From assembly GCA_048270185.1 (NCBI GenBank), contig JBLWTJ010000001.1, forward strand, positions 544,001 to 608,000: a DNA stretch of 64,000 nucleotides. The letters run 5' to 3'. The position numbers and the translations under genes are program-made. Below the pieces are notes generated by a model. It searched no databases and had not been told where the DNA came from. It saw nothing but the letters and a program-made list of their open reading frames with translations. How positions within the stretch are numbered: position 1 is the stretch's first letter; the number at the start of each line of letters is the position of its first letter. Source of the DNA: Bacteriovoracaceae bacterium. Its GTDB lineage: Bacteria; Bdellovibrionota; Bacteriovoracia; Bacteriovoracales; Bacteriovoracaceae. This document shows, piece after piece, positions 9,700 to 20,146 of this stretch.

Positions 9700-10485
9700 T
9701 TAAGTTGAAGGTGAAACAACTTCCTGATCAAAGTGGTTTGACTTCATACCACAATCCACAAGGATTCCAGTGGCATTGATCCCACTTGATGCATTTGAAA
9801 GTAAGAAGGCCACCGTATTAGCAACTTCAAGAGTCTTCAAGGCCTCTTTTCTCATAGTTAGTTTTTCTGCAAAGATATAATTATCAATATAGCCAGGAAT
9901 ACCTGCAGAAGCTGAAGTCTTTAGAGGGCCTGAGCAAACACTATTAAAGCGTACACGAGAGAATTCACTAAAACTTTTGGCCATATATGAGCAAGTTGTC
10001 TCAAGCATAGACTTGATTGGACCCATATATCCATATGAAGTCGCCTTCGTATCTGAAATTGAGATTGTCACAACAGAAGCATCAACTTCAAAATTCGAAC
10101 GAAGAGCATTTGATAACTCAACTAACGAGAATGAAGAAATTTGAGTGGCCTGCGCAAAATCTTCCCATGAAGTTTCATGAAATGGTTTTGGGTTTGCAAG
10201 ATTGGCAAAAGCAATCGAGTGAAGCATCCCAGAAAGCTTCAATTGACGATTTTTAATTTCAACAGAAAGTCTTTCAATATCGTCCTTCTTTGTAACATCA
10301 ACAATGAAACTTAAAGCTTCAGGAAAGAGCTTTTCTAACTTCTTTTGATGCTCTTCACTTTGCACAGTGAAAATACACTTTCCACCATTATCAATAATGG
10401 TCTTTGCACTAAAGTAAGCAACACTCTTCTTATTGGCCACACCAGTAATTAAATAGACCTTATCTTCAAATCCTAAAAAACTCAT
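9700..10485 (-). CDS. fabI: Enoyl-ACP reductase (FabI-like)
   Basis: ITGVANKKSVAY, LHSIAFA, Y-x6-K (YGYMGPIK) and SGPLKT. Confidence 0.85.
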   Translation of the reverse strand: MSFLGFEDKVYLITGVANKKSVAYFSAKTIIDNGGKCIFTVQSEEHQKKLEKLFPEALSFIVDVTKKDDIERLSVEIKNRQLKLSGMLHSIAFANLANPKPFHETSWEDFAQATQISSFSLVELSNALRSNFEVDASVVTISISDTKATSYGYMGPIKSMLETTCSYMAKSFSEFSRVRFNSVCSGPLKTSASAGIPGYIDNYIFAEKLTMRKEALKTLEVANTVAFLLSNASSGINATGILVDCGMKSNHFDQEVVSPST

Positions 10486-10488
10486 TAT

Positions 10489-10902
10489 TTAAACCTTTGC
10501 ACAAACGAAATCAATAGCAAGAACGACTTTCCCATCAACTCGTGATCTTCCTTTAAAGAAGTATCCATTTGCAAGTTGTTCAGTTAGTTCAACTTCCATC
10601 ACAAGTTCATCACCAGGGCGAACCATATTCTTAAACTTAGCACTATTAACTTTGGCGACAACACCAAGCCCAGCTTCACCTTCTCCCGTGGCCATTAAAC
10701 AGGCACCGCTTTGAAAGATTGCCTCTTGCAAGAGAACTCCGGGCATCACAGGATTACCAGGGAAGTGGCCTTTAAAGAAATCTTCATCCCCAGTAACCTG
10801 GTAACTTGTGATGATCTTCTTACCTTCTCTTTCAACAATCTTGTCCACAAAAAGAAAAGGCTCTCTTTGAGGAATTAAATCTTTAACATTTAAATCACTC
10901 AT
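10489..10902 (-). CDS. fabZ: 3-hydroxyacyl-ACP dehydratase (FabZ-like)
   Basis: IPQREPFLFVD, FFKGHFPGNPVMPGVLLQE and KFKNMVRPGD. Confidence 0.9.
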   Translation of the reverse strand: MSDLNVKDLIPQREPFLFVDKIVEREGKKIITSYQVTGDEDFFKGHFPGNPVMPGVLLQEAIFQSGACLMATGEGEAGLGVVAKVNSAKFKNMVRPGDELVMEVELTEQLANGYFFKGRSRVDGKVVLAIDFVCAKV

Positions 10903-11642
10903 TAAAGTCCACCTGTTACTTCTAAAGATGCACCAGTGATATAAGCGGCCTTATCAGAAGCGAGGAACATAACCGCATTGGCCACTTCTTCAACTTTACC
11001 AAAACGCTTAAGAGGTACTTGTTTCTTATACTCTTTAACCTGCTCAGCTGGTAAATCAGCAATCAATTCCGTTTCAATAAAACCAGGACATACGTTATTG
11101 ATTGTAATTCCTTTCTTACCAACCTCTTTAGAAATTGATTTACTCATGGCAACCTGTCCAGCTTTTGAAGCAGCATAATTTGCTTGCCCAGGAAGACCAA
11201 GGCTTCCACCAACTGAGCTCATATTGATTATTCGTCCATATCTTTTAGATAAGAAATGATTAACCGCTCTTTTAGTCATAAGAAAAGTTCCAGTAAGGTT
11301 AATATCAAGAACTCTTGACCAATCTTCATCTGGCATAATTGGCGATAAATTGTCCTTTCTTATCCCAGAGTTATTAACTAAAATATGAATTTGAGGAAAT
11401 TGCTCATTCATACGATTCCAAAAAGCTTCGACTTCACTAGCATTAGAAACATCAAAAGCTTCTAAGAAAAGTTTTTCACCAAGCTCTCCTAATTCAGCTT
11501 TAAATTCATTAGCGGCATCGTGATTTCCAGCATAAGTTGCAACAACAGTTGCACCACTTTCAAGGAATGCTTTAGCAATTCCTTTTCCAATCCCTCTTGT
11601 TCCACCAGTTACAATGGCAACTTGATCATTGAAATTAAACAT
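10902..11642 (-). CDS. fabG: 3-oxoacyl-ACP reductase (FabG-like)
   Basis: VTGGTRGIG, NNSGI, GQANYAASKAG and PGFIET. Confidence 0.9.
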   Translation of the reverse strand: MFNFNDQVAIVTGGTRGIGKGIAKAFLESGATVVATYAGNHDAANEFKAELGELGEKLFLEAFDVSNASEVEAFWNRMNEQFPQIHILVNNSGIRKDNLSPIMPDEDWSRVLDINLTGTFLMTKRAVNHFLSKRYGRIINMSSVGGSLGLPGQANYAASKAGQVAMSKSISKEVGKKGITINNVCPGFIETELIADLPAEQVKEYKKQVPLKRFGKVEEVANAVMFLASDKAAYITGASLEVTGGL

Positions 11643-11657
11643 ATATTTCCCTTTTAA

Positions 11658-13094
11658 TTAAGCTTCAAAGCTATCTAAGTAAGTATTTAAATCGTGTGCT
11701 GTGATAACACCGTAATTTGCGGCTCCTAACCAACCAGACATAATAATTCCAACTGAACCTGAGTGATATAATCCTTCAACTTCTTTTGGCAGATTTTTAG
11801 AAACTTCTAGCCCTTCGAACTTCGTTCCAAAAGAAGACCCAAAGCGATGATGAGTATACTTCTCTACTGTTAACGGACTTGATACCGTAGCGTATTCAAC
11901 TTTATCTCTAAAGCCTGGAACTAATTTATCCATTGTTGAGATAGCGTTCTCTTTTAAGTATTCTTTTCTCTCGTTATACTCTTCTTCGCTCAAATCCTTC
12001 CAATCCTCATAGCGTGCATTAATACTTGAAACAACAGCGTACTTTTGTTTCATATGCTCACGCATGCTTGGATAGTAGATTGAAAAAGTTTGAGAGTGAG
12101 CTTTTGGAGAAAGAAGTAAATCCGTATCAAAGTGATCAGAACTTGAGTAAAAAATTAGCTCACCAATATTAGGTAGCGACTCTCCTTCTTTTAGGCCCAT
12201 AAAAACCTGACAAGAAGATGAGTTCATACGAACATTCTTTGCATTTTCAAGATACTCACTTGAGTACTTTGCATTTGGAGTCATTTTAAAAATAGTATTA
12301 TAAAGTGCTGAGTTAGAAATCACCGTCTTTGAATTAACAACTTCGTCACCAAAGCGAACCCCTGCTGCTCTACCATTTTCAATGAGAATCTCATCAACCT
12401 TTGTGTGAAGTTTGATGTCGACACCATTATTAAGTAACTCATCCTTCATCATACCGATTAACTTATCAGTACCACCTCTAAAGATATAAGCACCTTTATT
12501 CATAAAATTAGAAAAAACGATCCCAAAAGTGATGGCCTCGTCTTCAAGTGTTGAACCATTTGCATAAGCAATTGGCTCTAATAAGAAACGAACAACATCA
12601 TTTCGGCCAGGAAAGTATTTTTCAAAGAGCTGGCCATTGGTCATATTCTCATCATCATAGAAATTCATTTCACGAAGCTCTGTGAAGAAGCCTACGACAT
12701 GGTCACGATCAAGCTCAAATTTCTCAACAAGAATATTAATATAATCTTCTTTGGTAAAATCTGTATCAATTTCAAATTGTGGATTGATAAAGCGAATCTT
12801 ATCCACACGCTCAATACAGTCAGCAATTTCTTTAGACCAGTAACGACGACAAGTTTTAACCATTCCATATGGAAAGCCATGAAGAGAGATATCAAAGATA
12901 TGTCTTTCACCTTCATTTGTTGGGCGTCTAAACCAAGTAGCAAATCCACCTAATTTATTATGAGATTCAAGAAGTAGAACACTACGTCCATCTCTTGCTA
13001 ATTTATTTGCTGCCGTCATCCCAGCAAGGCCTGAGCCTACTACGATGACGTCGTATTCTTTAGTAATTAAATCTTTTTTCTTAAGTAATGCCAT
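11658..13094 (-). CDS. FAD-dependent oxidoreductase, phytoene desaturase-like (COG1233 type)
   Basis: Rossmann motif GSGLAG...LLESHNKLGG, RGGTDKL and SPLTVEKYT...GSSFG. Confidence 0.85.
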   Translation of the reverse strand: MALLKKKDLITKEYDVIVVGSGLAGMTAANKLARDGRSVLLLESHNKLGGFATWFRRPTNEGERHIFDISLHGFPYGMVKTCRRYWSKEIADCIERVDKIRFINPQFEIDTDFTKEDYINILVEKFELDRDHVVGFFTELREMNFYDDENMTNGQLFEKYFPGRNDVVRFLLEPIAYANGSTLEDEAITFGIVFSNFMNKGAYIFRGGTDKLIGMMKDELLNNGVDIKLHTKVDEILIENGRAAGVRFGDEVVNSKTVISNSALYNTIFKMTPNAKYSSEYLENAKNVRMNSSSCQVFMGLKEGESLPNIGELIFYSSSDHFDTDLLLSPKAHSQTFSIYYPSMREHMKQKYAVVSSINARYEDWKDLSEEEYNERKEYLKENAISTMDKLVPGFRDKVEYATVSSPLTVEKYTHHRFGSSFGTKFEGLEVSKNLPKEVEGLYHSGSVGIIMSGWLGAANYGVITAHDLNTYLDSFEA

Positions 13095-13096
13095 TC

Positions 13097-14248
13097 TTAT
13101 TTTGTCTTTAAAACCAGAGTTGATAATTTATTAGTTTCTTTATTTAAAACGTAAACGATAAATGCGATCGTTCCATTGTCATTGATTCTTGGAGCATGAA
13201 CAAAAGGAGATGTCGTTGCATCAACAACTTCATAGTTTTTACCAAGAGCTTCAATCTTATCACCTTCAGCAATAACTTGTGACCAAGTACCATCAACATA
13301 CTTAAAGATTGCAGCATCACCCTTCTTATTATAACCACGAATGAGAACGTCACCATTAGCATTGATTGAAGGCGCAAAAGCATCAAATTTTGTGATCATA
13401 TCACCAATAACAAGGATTGGTTTAAGGACTCCATTCTTTGAAGCGTATAAAGTGCGACCTTGTTCAGTCTGAGTCCAAACAGCAATATCACCATTAATAT
13501 TAACTGCGTATTGGTTTAGGATACTTTGAATCTTTGAAGAAGGTTGTCCATCACGATCTTGCATAACGATAGTACGAGTTCCTCTTTTAATATTGTATAG
13601 ATAGAGTCGATCAGGTTGTGACTCAGCAACACCTTTGCCCATTCTTACTTTAGTTAGAACGTAATTACCTTTTGAAGCTGGAGAGAAGATATAACCCATC
13701 TCTTTATTAAAGCTTGAAAGTATGTCCTTATCTTCACCTTCGTGCTTGATTACGACTTTTGCTTTATTCGTTCCAAATGAATGACGATAAACGAGAGTAC
13801 CTTCAGCATTCATTCCAACGCCAGAAACGCCTGTAAACATACCTTCGAAGTCTTCAATTTGAGTCTTCTCACTTGTTTCTAGATTGATTTTATAAATTCC
13901 AATGTGCTCAAAACCATTATTTGGAGCGTAAACAACATGGTCATCACCAGTAATTTCATCATTAAATAAATTAAAGCCACTTAGAGCATTATCTTTATTG
14001 GCCCCATAGAATTTGAGATCACTTCCATCATTGCCACATAGAATTCCATATTTTGAAATCCCACCGGAAGCACCACTAAAAGAAAAGCAAACCTTTCCTT
14101 TATTTGAAAGTCTAAGTGAAGTTGAAATCCAGAAAGTTTGCTCTGGAAGGTTGTATGTAAGTTCACCACTACTAGCGAGTAGTTCATAATTTGCTTGGGC
14201 GCTAACAAGTCCTAATGAGACAAGGGCCACTTTTAATAAATTTTTCAT
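13097..14248 (-). CDS. Secreted beta-repeat (probable propeller) protein with NxxGxx(A/V)F-type repeats
   Basis: Signal peptide; repeated blades LSNKGKVCF, MNAEGTLVY, VNINGDIAV, INANGDVLI and INDNGTIAF. Confidence 0.7.
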   Translation of the reverse strand: MKNLLKVALVSLGLVSAQANYELLASSGELTYNLPEQTFWISTSLRLSNKGKVCFSFSGASGGISKYGILCGNDGSDLKFYGANKDNALSGFNLFNDEITGDDHVVYAPNNGFEHIGIYKINLETSEKTQIEDFEGMFTGVSGVGMNAEGTLVYRHSFGTNKAKVVIKHEGEDKDILSSFNKEMGYIFSPASKGNYVLTKVRMGKGVAESQPDRLYLYNIKRGTRTIVMQDRDGQPSSKIQSILNQYAVNINGDIAVWTQTEQGRTLYASKNGVLKPILVIGDMITKFDAFAPSINANGDVLIRGYNKKGDAAIFKYVDGTWSQVIAEGDKIEALGKNYEVVDATTSPFVHAPRINDNGTIAFIVYVLNKETNKLSTLVLKTK

Positions 14249-14380
14249 ATAGATTCCCCAGAAATGTATTGAAAGTGTGTGTTATTAAAGGCGTTATCAT
14301 ACCTAAAGGGCCACATTTCGGCTAGAAAATGCGATGGATTTTTTTGTGCCAAATCATTAAAAATAGGTTAGATTTATGCA

Positions 14381-16288
14381 ATGTCGATACTATGTAACCT
14401 TAAAAATATAAATCTCGCCTTTGGGCAGAAAGTCATTTTCAATAACGCACAATTCTATATTGAGCACGGCGATAAGATCGGCCTCATTGGCCTAAATGGT
14501 ATGGGAAAATCTTCTCTACTTAAGATTATAAATAACGAGATTACACCAGATTCTTCGACTCCCCCATTTACTTTTGAGAAGGCCACGGCGCAACAAGGTC
14601 CAACACTAGAATTTAGTGTGTTCAAAGTAGATCAAAACTTCTCAATTCCAAGTTCAGAGACCAGTATTGCGGATTACTTCTACTTTCAATACCAAGACTT
14701 TAAAGAGTTAAATAACAAACTCCAAAGCCTTGAGCTGACAAATGAAGCAGATCTTGAAAAGCAAAACACTATCATGGAAGAGTTAGAGCATAAGAATTAC
14801 TGGGAGCTCAAAAATAATTATGAAAGTTATATTAAGGCCTTTGGCCTAAGCGATCTCGATGCAAAAGTTGAAGGACTCTCAGGTGGAGAGCAAAAGAAAA
14901 TTCAATTAAGCCTAGGCCTAACGGCAAGAGAGAATCTTATACTATGGGATGAGCCTACAAACCACCTCGACTTTGAGACCATTGAACAATTTGAAGATGA
15001 AATCATGAAGTCAAATAAGACTCACGTCATTATCTCCCATGACCGTTATCTACTTTCTAAAGTAACAACGAAAATTTTTCATATTCACTCTGGCGTTGTC
15101 TCTCCTTTTAAAGGAACATATGCACAGTACCTCGAATTTACAGCGGCCCAAGAAGAGCTTCGCTTAAATTCTTTAACAAAGCTCCAAAACTCTCTTCGCA
15201 GAGAGACCGCTTGGATGCGCCAAGGAATCAAGGCCCGTGGTACTCGTTCAAAAAAACGAGTTGAAAATTTTAACGATCTTTCAAAAGAGGTTCAAAAACT
15301 TAAAGACCAAGCACGTAGCCAACTTGATCTTGCCATGAATGATAGCAACCGCAAGACAAAGCAACTGGTACAACTAAAAGATGTGGACTTTGGTTACGCT
15401 GATGCGACACCTCTTTTTAAGGGTGTAAATCTTTCTATCTTTAAAGGCGACAAGGTCGGTGTTCTTGGTGAAAATGGTGTTGGTAAATCGACACTGATGA
15501 AGCTTGTGGCCGATAAGCTTACAAATACGTCCGGTACAATAAAAAGAGCTGATGATCTAAAGGTTTGTCTCTTCTCACAAAAGAGAGATGAATTTGACTT
15601 ATCCAAATCACCATATGATTTATTAGGTGAAGGAGAAGATTTTATTCACTTTAAAAATGGCCGCTCAATTCATGTGGCAACTTACTTTCAAAACTTTCTC
15701 TTTGATCGCGGCGAAATGCACAGACCACTTTCAAGCTTTTCAGGAGGTGAACTTAATCGTCTCCAACTAGCTCTTAATCTCAAGAATGAAGCTGATATAT
15801 GGATTTTTGATGAGCCCACAAATGACCTCGATATTGAATCGATTGAAATCCTCGAAACGAAACTTGCGGAATTTGAAGGAACAGTTATCGTCATCTCCCA
15901 CGACCGCTCTTTCTTAGAAAATATCACTAATCGCGTCTGGCTTATCGAAGACCAACAGGTAACAAAGTTCTCAAGTGGATTTACATTTGTACGTCCATAT
16001 CTTGAAGCACGTCAAATAGAGAAAGACTTAGATAAGACGAGTAATGTCGAAGTAAAAGAAAAAGTAAAAACCGAAGTCATTGAAGTAAAGAAGCCTGCAG
16101 TTAATACTGATAAAATCGAAGAAGAAATAATGGATCTCGAGTCACAGATTGAAAAGATTGATGAACTTCTTTCACGCTTTGATTATTCAAATATGGACGA
16201 TGAAAAGAACCAGCTTATTGCAGGCCTTAATCAAAAAAAGAGTGCCTTATCTGAACAGATCGACACTCTCTTTGAAAAATTATCGTAA
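14381..16288 (+). CDS. uup: ABC-F ATPase, Uup-like
   Basis: Two NBDs (GLNGMGKS and GENGVGKS), DEPTNHLD, linker WMRQGIKARGTRSK and a C-terminal coiled coil. Confidence 0.88.
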   Translation: MSILCNLKNINLAFGQKVIFNNAQFYIEHGDKIGLIGLNGMGKSSLLKIINNEITPDSSTPPFTFEKATAQQGPTLEFSVFKVDQNFSIPSSETSIADYFYFQYQDFKELNNKLQSLELTNEADLEKQNTIMEELEHKNYWELKNNYESYIKAFGLSDLDAKVEGLSGGEQKKIQLSLGLTARENLILWDEPTNHLDFETIEQFEDEIMKSNKTHVIISHDRYLLSKVTTKIFHIHSGVVSPFKGTYAQYLEFTAAQEELRLNSLTKLQNSLRRETAWMRQGIKARGTRSKKRVENFNDLSKEVQKLKDQARSQLDLAMNDSNRKTKQLVQLKDVDFGYADATPLFKGVNLSIFKGDKVGVLGENGVGKSTLMKLVADKLTNTSGTIKRADDLKVCLFSQKRDEFDLSKSPYDLLGEGEDFIHFKNGRSIHVATYFQNFLFDRGEMHRPLSSFSGGELNRLQLALNLKNEADIWIFDEPTNDLDIESIEILETKLAEFEGTVIVISHDRSFLENITNRVWLIEDQQVTKFSSGFTFVRPYLEARQIEKDLDKTSNVEVKEKVKTEVIEVKKPAVNTDKIEEEIMDLESQIEKIDELLSRFDYSNMDDEKNQLIAGLNQKKSALSEQIDTLFEKLS

Positions 16289-16297
16289 TTTATTTTT

Positions 16298-17845
16298 TTA
16301 GATATTCTTTTCTTTACGAATCATGGCCATGGCCACTTTCACACCATCAACAGCGGCAGAAGTGATTCCTCCAGCATAACCAGCACCTTCACCACATGGG
16401 TAAAGTCCTTTATGTGATTCAGATTCAAAAGTTGCACGGCTTCTCTTGATCGTTACGGGGGCAGAAGTTCTTGTCTCAGGTGCCAGTAAGATTGCATCGT
16501 TATTAACAAAGCCATCCATTTTCTTATTAAAACTCTCCAGTCCCTCTCTTAAGCCTTGAGCAATAAATTCAGGAAGAATAGTTGTTAGGTTTTCACTAAA
16601 GATACCTGACGGGCATGATGTTTTAGGAAGATCCTTTGAAAGCTTTCCAGCTAAGAAATCCTCTACTCTTTGAGTTGGGATCTCCTTACCGCTTGCGGCA
16701 GCAACAGAAGACTCAAATGCTTTCTTTTCAATATCTCTTTGAAAATAATGACCATTTAAAACATCGTCAGTAGAAAAATCTTTACCTGCCTGAACTGAAA
16801 CAACTAAGGCCGAATTCGACCATGGCGAATTACGGGCAAAGTTACTCATTCCATTAACAACGATACCATCAGCTTCTGTTCCTGAAGATAGAACATATCC
16901 ACCAGGACACATACAAAAAGAATATGTTCCCTTATCCACTTCTTTATTGTGATAAGTAAGCTTATAGCGAGCGGCACCAAGATTTTCTCGAACAAATTTT
17001 CCATACTGAAGAAAATCAATCTGACTTCTCTTATGCTCAATACGTACGCCAACAGCAAAGTCTTTTGCCTGCATACTAACTTTCTTATCTTTTAAGTGAT
17101 GATAAATATCCTTGGCCGAGTGACCTGTCGCAAGGACAACATTATTACTTAAAAGCTCACGGCCATCACTTAATTTAACTCCTGCCACCATTTGGTCATC
17201 AAAGAGAATTTCATCAACTTTGACATTGTAATGAATCTCACAGCCTTTCTCTTTTAAGTAATCAGTGATTTTCTTAATAAGGCCTCGAATTTTATTGGAA
17301 CCAAGGTGAGGGTTTGAAACATAGGCCGTCTCAGGTGGAGCACCAAAGTCGACAAATTTATTCATAACATATTGTACATATGGTGATTTAATACGAGTAA
17401 TAAGCTTTCCATCAGAGAAAAGTCCTGCCCCACCTTCACCAAAGCAAACATTGTTATCATCATCAAATTCATTGTAGCGCCAAAAACGAGCAATATGCTT
17501 CATACGATTATGAGCGCGATCACCACGTTCGATAATTGTTGAGCTAATTCCATACTCAGCAAGTCTCAGGGCACAGAATAATCCCGCCGGACCTGCTCCG
17601 ATAATAATTGGCTTCTTTGAAAACTCATCAAGGAAATTAAATTGCTCGCGGTAGGCAGCAAACTCTTCACCTGGATAAATAATTTCTACTTTATAATTAT
17701 AAATTGGCTTCTTGCCGCGGTTGGCACCACGAGCATCAAGGGCCTTATTGTGGATACGGTAATCTTCAAAACCTGGAAAATTCTTATTCAGATAGAATTC
17801 AAGATCCTGATCGTAGTCTAATTTGAAATTGGTAATTTTACTCAT
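16298..17845 (-). CDS. FAD-dependent dehydrogenase (COG2509-like)
   Basis: IIGAGPAGLF, FGEGGAGLFSDGKL, SFCMCPGG and GEGAGYAGGITSAAVDG. Confidence 0.88.
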   Translation of the reverse strand: MSKITNFKLDYDQDLEFYLNKNFPGFEDYRIHNKALDARGANRGKKPIYNYKVEIIYPGEEFAAYREQFNFLDEFSKKPIIIGAGPAGLFCALRLAEYGISSTIIERGDRAHNRMKHIARFWRYNEFDDDNNVCFGEGGAGLFSDGKLITRIKSPYVQYVMNKFVDFGAPPETAYVSNPHLGSNKIRGLIKKITDYLKEKGCEIHYNVKVDEILFDDQMVAGVKLSDGRELLSNNVVLATGHSAKDIYHHLKDKKVSMQAKDFAVGVRIEHKRSQIDFLQYGKFVRENLGAARYKLTYHNKEVDKGTYSFCMCPGGYVLSSGTEADGIVVNGMSNFARNSPWSNSALVVSVQAGKDFSTDDVLNGHYFQRDIEKKAFESSVAAASGKEIPTQRVEDFLAGKLSKDLPKTSCPSGIFSENLTTILPEFIAQGLREGLESFNKKMDGFVNNDAILLAPETRTSAPVTIKRSRATFESESHKGLYPCGEGAGYAGGITSAAVDGVKVAMAMIRKEKNI

Positions 17846-17925
17846 TCTTCTCTACTTGTCGCAATTTATTGTGATAAAATATCAGCGTATATTATAACCT
17901 AACTTTGCCAGATTAAAGGATTAAC

Positions 17926-19170
17926 ATGGCCAAAATTTCCCAAATAATAATAGGTGATGAACTTCTTAATGCAAAAATAAATGACCTTAACTTGCAAATT
18001 CTTGCCAAACAAATTTACCCTCTCGGTTTTGACTTTAGAAAATGTACGGTCTTAGGCGATAAATTTGATCAAGTTATCAAAGAAATTCAAAATCAGGCCA
18101 AAGAGAATGACTTTCTTATCATTACAGGTGGACTTGGGCCAACAAAAGATGACTTAACAAAATCCATTGTGGCCCAAACAATCGGTGCTAAACTTGAAGA
18201 GAATGAAGAAGCACTTGCCCTAGCAATCGAGCAATACCAACGCTTCGGTCGTGAATATAACAAAGAATCTGGCCAGTACCATATGCTTCCAAGTGGTACG
18301 ACTCCCCTACCAAACCCAACGGGAATGGCCCCAGGAATTCATGGCAAGATCGGCAACTGCCAATTCTTTTGCACCCCAGGTGTTCCAAGGGAATGTGAGG
18401 CCATGATTCGTGAATCAGTCCTTCCAATAATTAAAGGGCAAGCAGGAGAGGCCCACGAGTTATTTGTGGCAAGAACTCATAGTATCCCAGAAGAGACAAT
18501 TTTCTTTAAACTATGCCCTGGACTCTGGGAGAGATTAGAAAAGTACGGAAAAGTAAGTTCCCTTCCAATTATATCAGGCGTGGATATTACAATTAATCTC
18601 AAAGAAGAGTTTCACAACGAAGAGGCCAGGGCAGAAATTCGTGCCATCATTGAATCGACTCCTCTTAAAGACAATATTTGGACATATGGCCTAAGATCCA
18701 TCGAAGAAGTCATTGTTGAAGAGGCCACTGCAAAAAATCTAACGATTGGCTTTGCCGAAAGCTGCACAGGAGGTCTTGCTAGCTCAACTATCACAGATGT
18801 CTCAGGTTCTTCAAATATCTTCCTTGGCAGTGTCGTTAGCTACGCCAATAGTGTGAAAGAGAACATCATACATGTGTCAAATGAAACCCTAAAAGAATTT
18901 GGCGCCGTTAGTATTCAAACAGCTAAAGAGATGGCCCTTGGTGCACAAAAATCACTTGCAGTTGATATCGCTATTTCTTTTACAGGAATAGCAGGTCCAG
19001 GCGGAGGAACGACGGAGAAGCCAGTCGGAACAGTTTGTATTGGTGTTGCGACGAAGGATTCAGCAAGTTCTGAACGCTATGAATTTCGCGGCAATCGCAA
19101 AAGACTTAAGAATAAATTTTGTCAGCAGGGTTTGATCCTACTATTAAATGCAATACGAAAATCTAAATAG
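17926..19170 (+). CDS. cinA: CinA (competence/damage-inducible protein; NMN deamidase domain)
   Basis: IGDELL, TGGLGPTKDDLT, AESCTGG and TGIAGPGGGT. Confidence 0.93.
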   Translation: MAKISQIIIGDELLNAKINDLNLQILAKQIYPLGFDFRKCTVLGDKFDQVIKEIQNQAKENDFLIITGGLGPTKDDLTKSIVAQTIGAKLEENEEALALAIEQYQRFGREYNKESGQYHMLPSGTTPLPNPTGMAPGIHGKIGNCQFFCTPGVPRECEAMIRESVLPIIKGQAGEAHELFVARTHSIPEETIFFKLCPGLWERLEKYGKVSSLPIISGVDITINLKEEFHNEEARAEIRAIIESTPLKDNIWTYGLRSIEEVIVEEATAKNLTIGFAESCTGGLASSTITDVSGSSNIFLGSVVSYANSVKENIIHVSNETLKEFGAVSIQTAKEMALGAQKSLAVDIAISFTGIAGPGGGTTEKPVGTVCIGVATKDSASSERYEFRGNRKRLKNKFCQQGLILLLNAIRKSK

Positions 19171-19187
19171 GTGCACGCAACCTTTTC
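19170..19187 (+). repeat. REP-like repeat, copy 1
   Basis: ggtgcacgcaaccttttc lies between the cinA stop and the RAYT stop and matches copies at 19878 and 20066. Confidence 0.8.
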
Positions 19188-19809
19188 AAGATTCTAATAC
19201 TTTACGTTCATGTGAAGATATTCCATTAGGTATATTGAAGTAACTTCTTTTTAAGGATCTCTTCATTATATTTGAGGCATTAGAACAAAATTGTTTTTCA
19301 TAAAAACTGACTTCATCTGTATATCTGAAATGTGGTTTAAAATTAATTAAACGCCCCTCAAAATTTGTAAAATGCAAAGAACTGTATGGATATGAAATAC
19401 AACGATCAACAATCCCTGCTCTCAATGGGTTCTGATAAATATATCGATAAACATTTTGTAGGTAATTATTATCCTGAACAATAGACCACTTATAACGATT
19501 ACTAAATTTATGATTGATAACTTTTGAATATTTAGCAATTGATTTAGAGAGTCGATGATTAAATAACATCATAAATTTATCAATATTTTCATCAGGAGTG
19601 GTAATAAGAAGATGATAATGATTATTCATTAGAACAAAACAATTAACTTCAACATCAACTCTCTCTCGCGCGTAGATTAAAGCTTGCTTAGCTATATCCC
19701 AAACATGATACAAAGGTAACGGAAATGGAACCTTGTTATTTGTTCTTGATGTAACATGATATGGATACTTACTTTGTCTTATTAATTTAGGTCTAGGCAT
19801 GTTTAGCAT
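19186..19809 (-). mobile_element. REP-associated tyrosine (Y1 HUH) transposase, RAYT-like (likely start MPRPK at 19800)
   Basis: YHVTSRTNNK, FVLMNNHYHLL (HUH), YIYQNP (catalytic Tyr) and YPYSS; visibly more AT-rich than the flanking genes. Confidence 0.88.
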
Positions 19810-19877
19810 ATCTACTAATTTATAAAATAAAGCGATGATAAAAATACAATTGGAATATACATTTCATTTTTGAAATC

Positions 19878-20087
19878 GGTACGCGCAACCTTTTCGTGAA
19901 ATAGATAACTTATGTAATATAGATTCTTTTCGTATCAAGAGAAATAGACAATGTAGAGCATAGTATTAATTGCGCTAATCCTAGAGAGTGATTTGTATTA
20001 AGCAGAATAATAGTTAAGTGAAGGAATTGTTATTTGTAAATAAGAATCAGTATAACTGACTTGAATCACGAAAAGGTTGCGTGCACC
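19878..20087. repeat. REPIN-like inverted pair of REPs upstream of the RAYT
   Basis: ggtacgcgcaaccttttcgtga (19878-19899) and tcacgaaaaggttgcgtgcacc (20066-20087) are near-perfect reverse complements around an AT-rich spacer. Confidence 0.8.
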
Positions 20088-20094
20088 AAAAACC

Positions 20095-20124
20095 AAAAAA
20101 AGAGGCCATACAATGTATGGCCCC
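20095..20124 (-). terminator. Intrinsic terminator of the motB-like/motA-like/cNMP operon
   Basis: ggccatac-aat-gtatggcc hairpin preceded by an A-run on +, which is a U-run on the minus strand. Confidence 0.7.
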
Positions 20125-20146
20125 TTACCTCATCTCAGCTTATAAC

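Noticed and set aside
11658..13094. Carotenoid biosynthesis (crtI)
   Set aside because: No crtB/crtE/crtY genes are nearby, and the context is fatty-acid enzymes.
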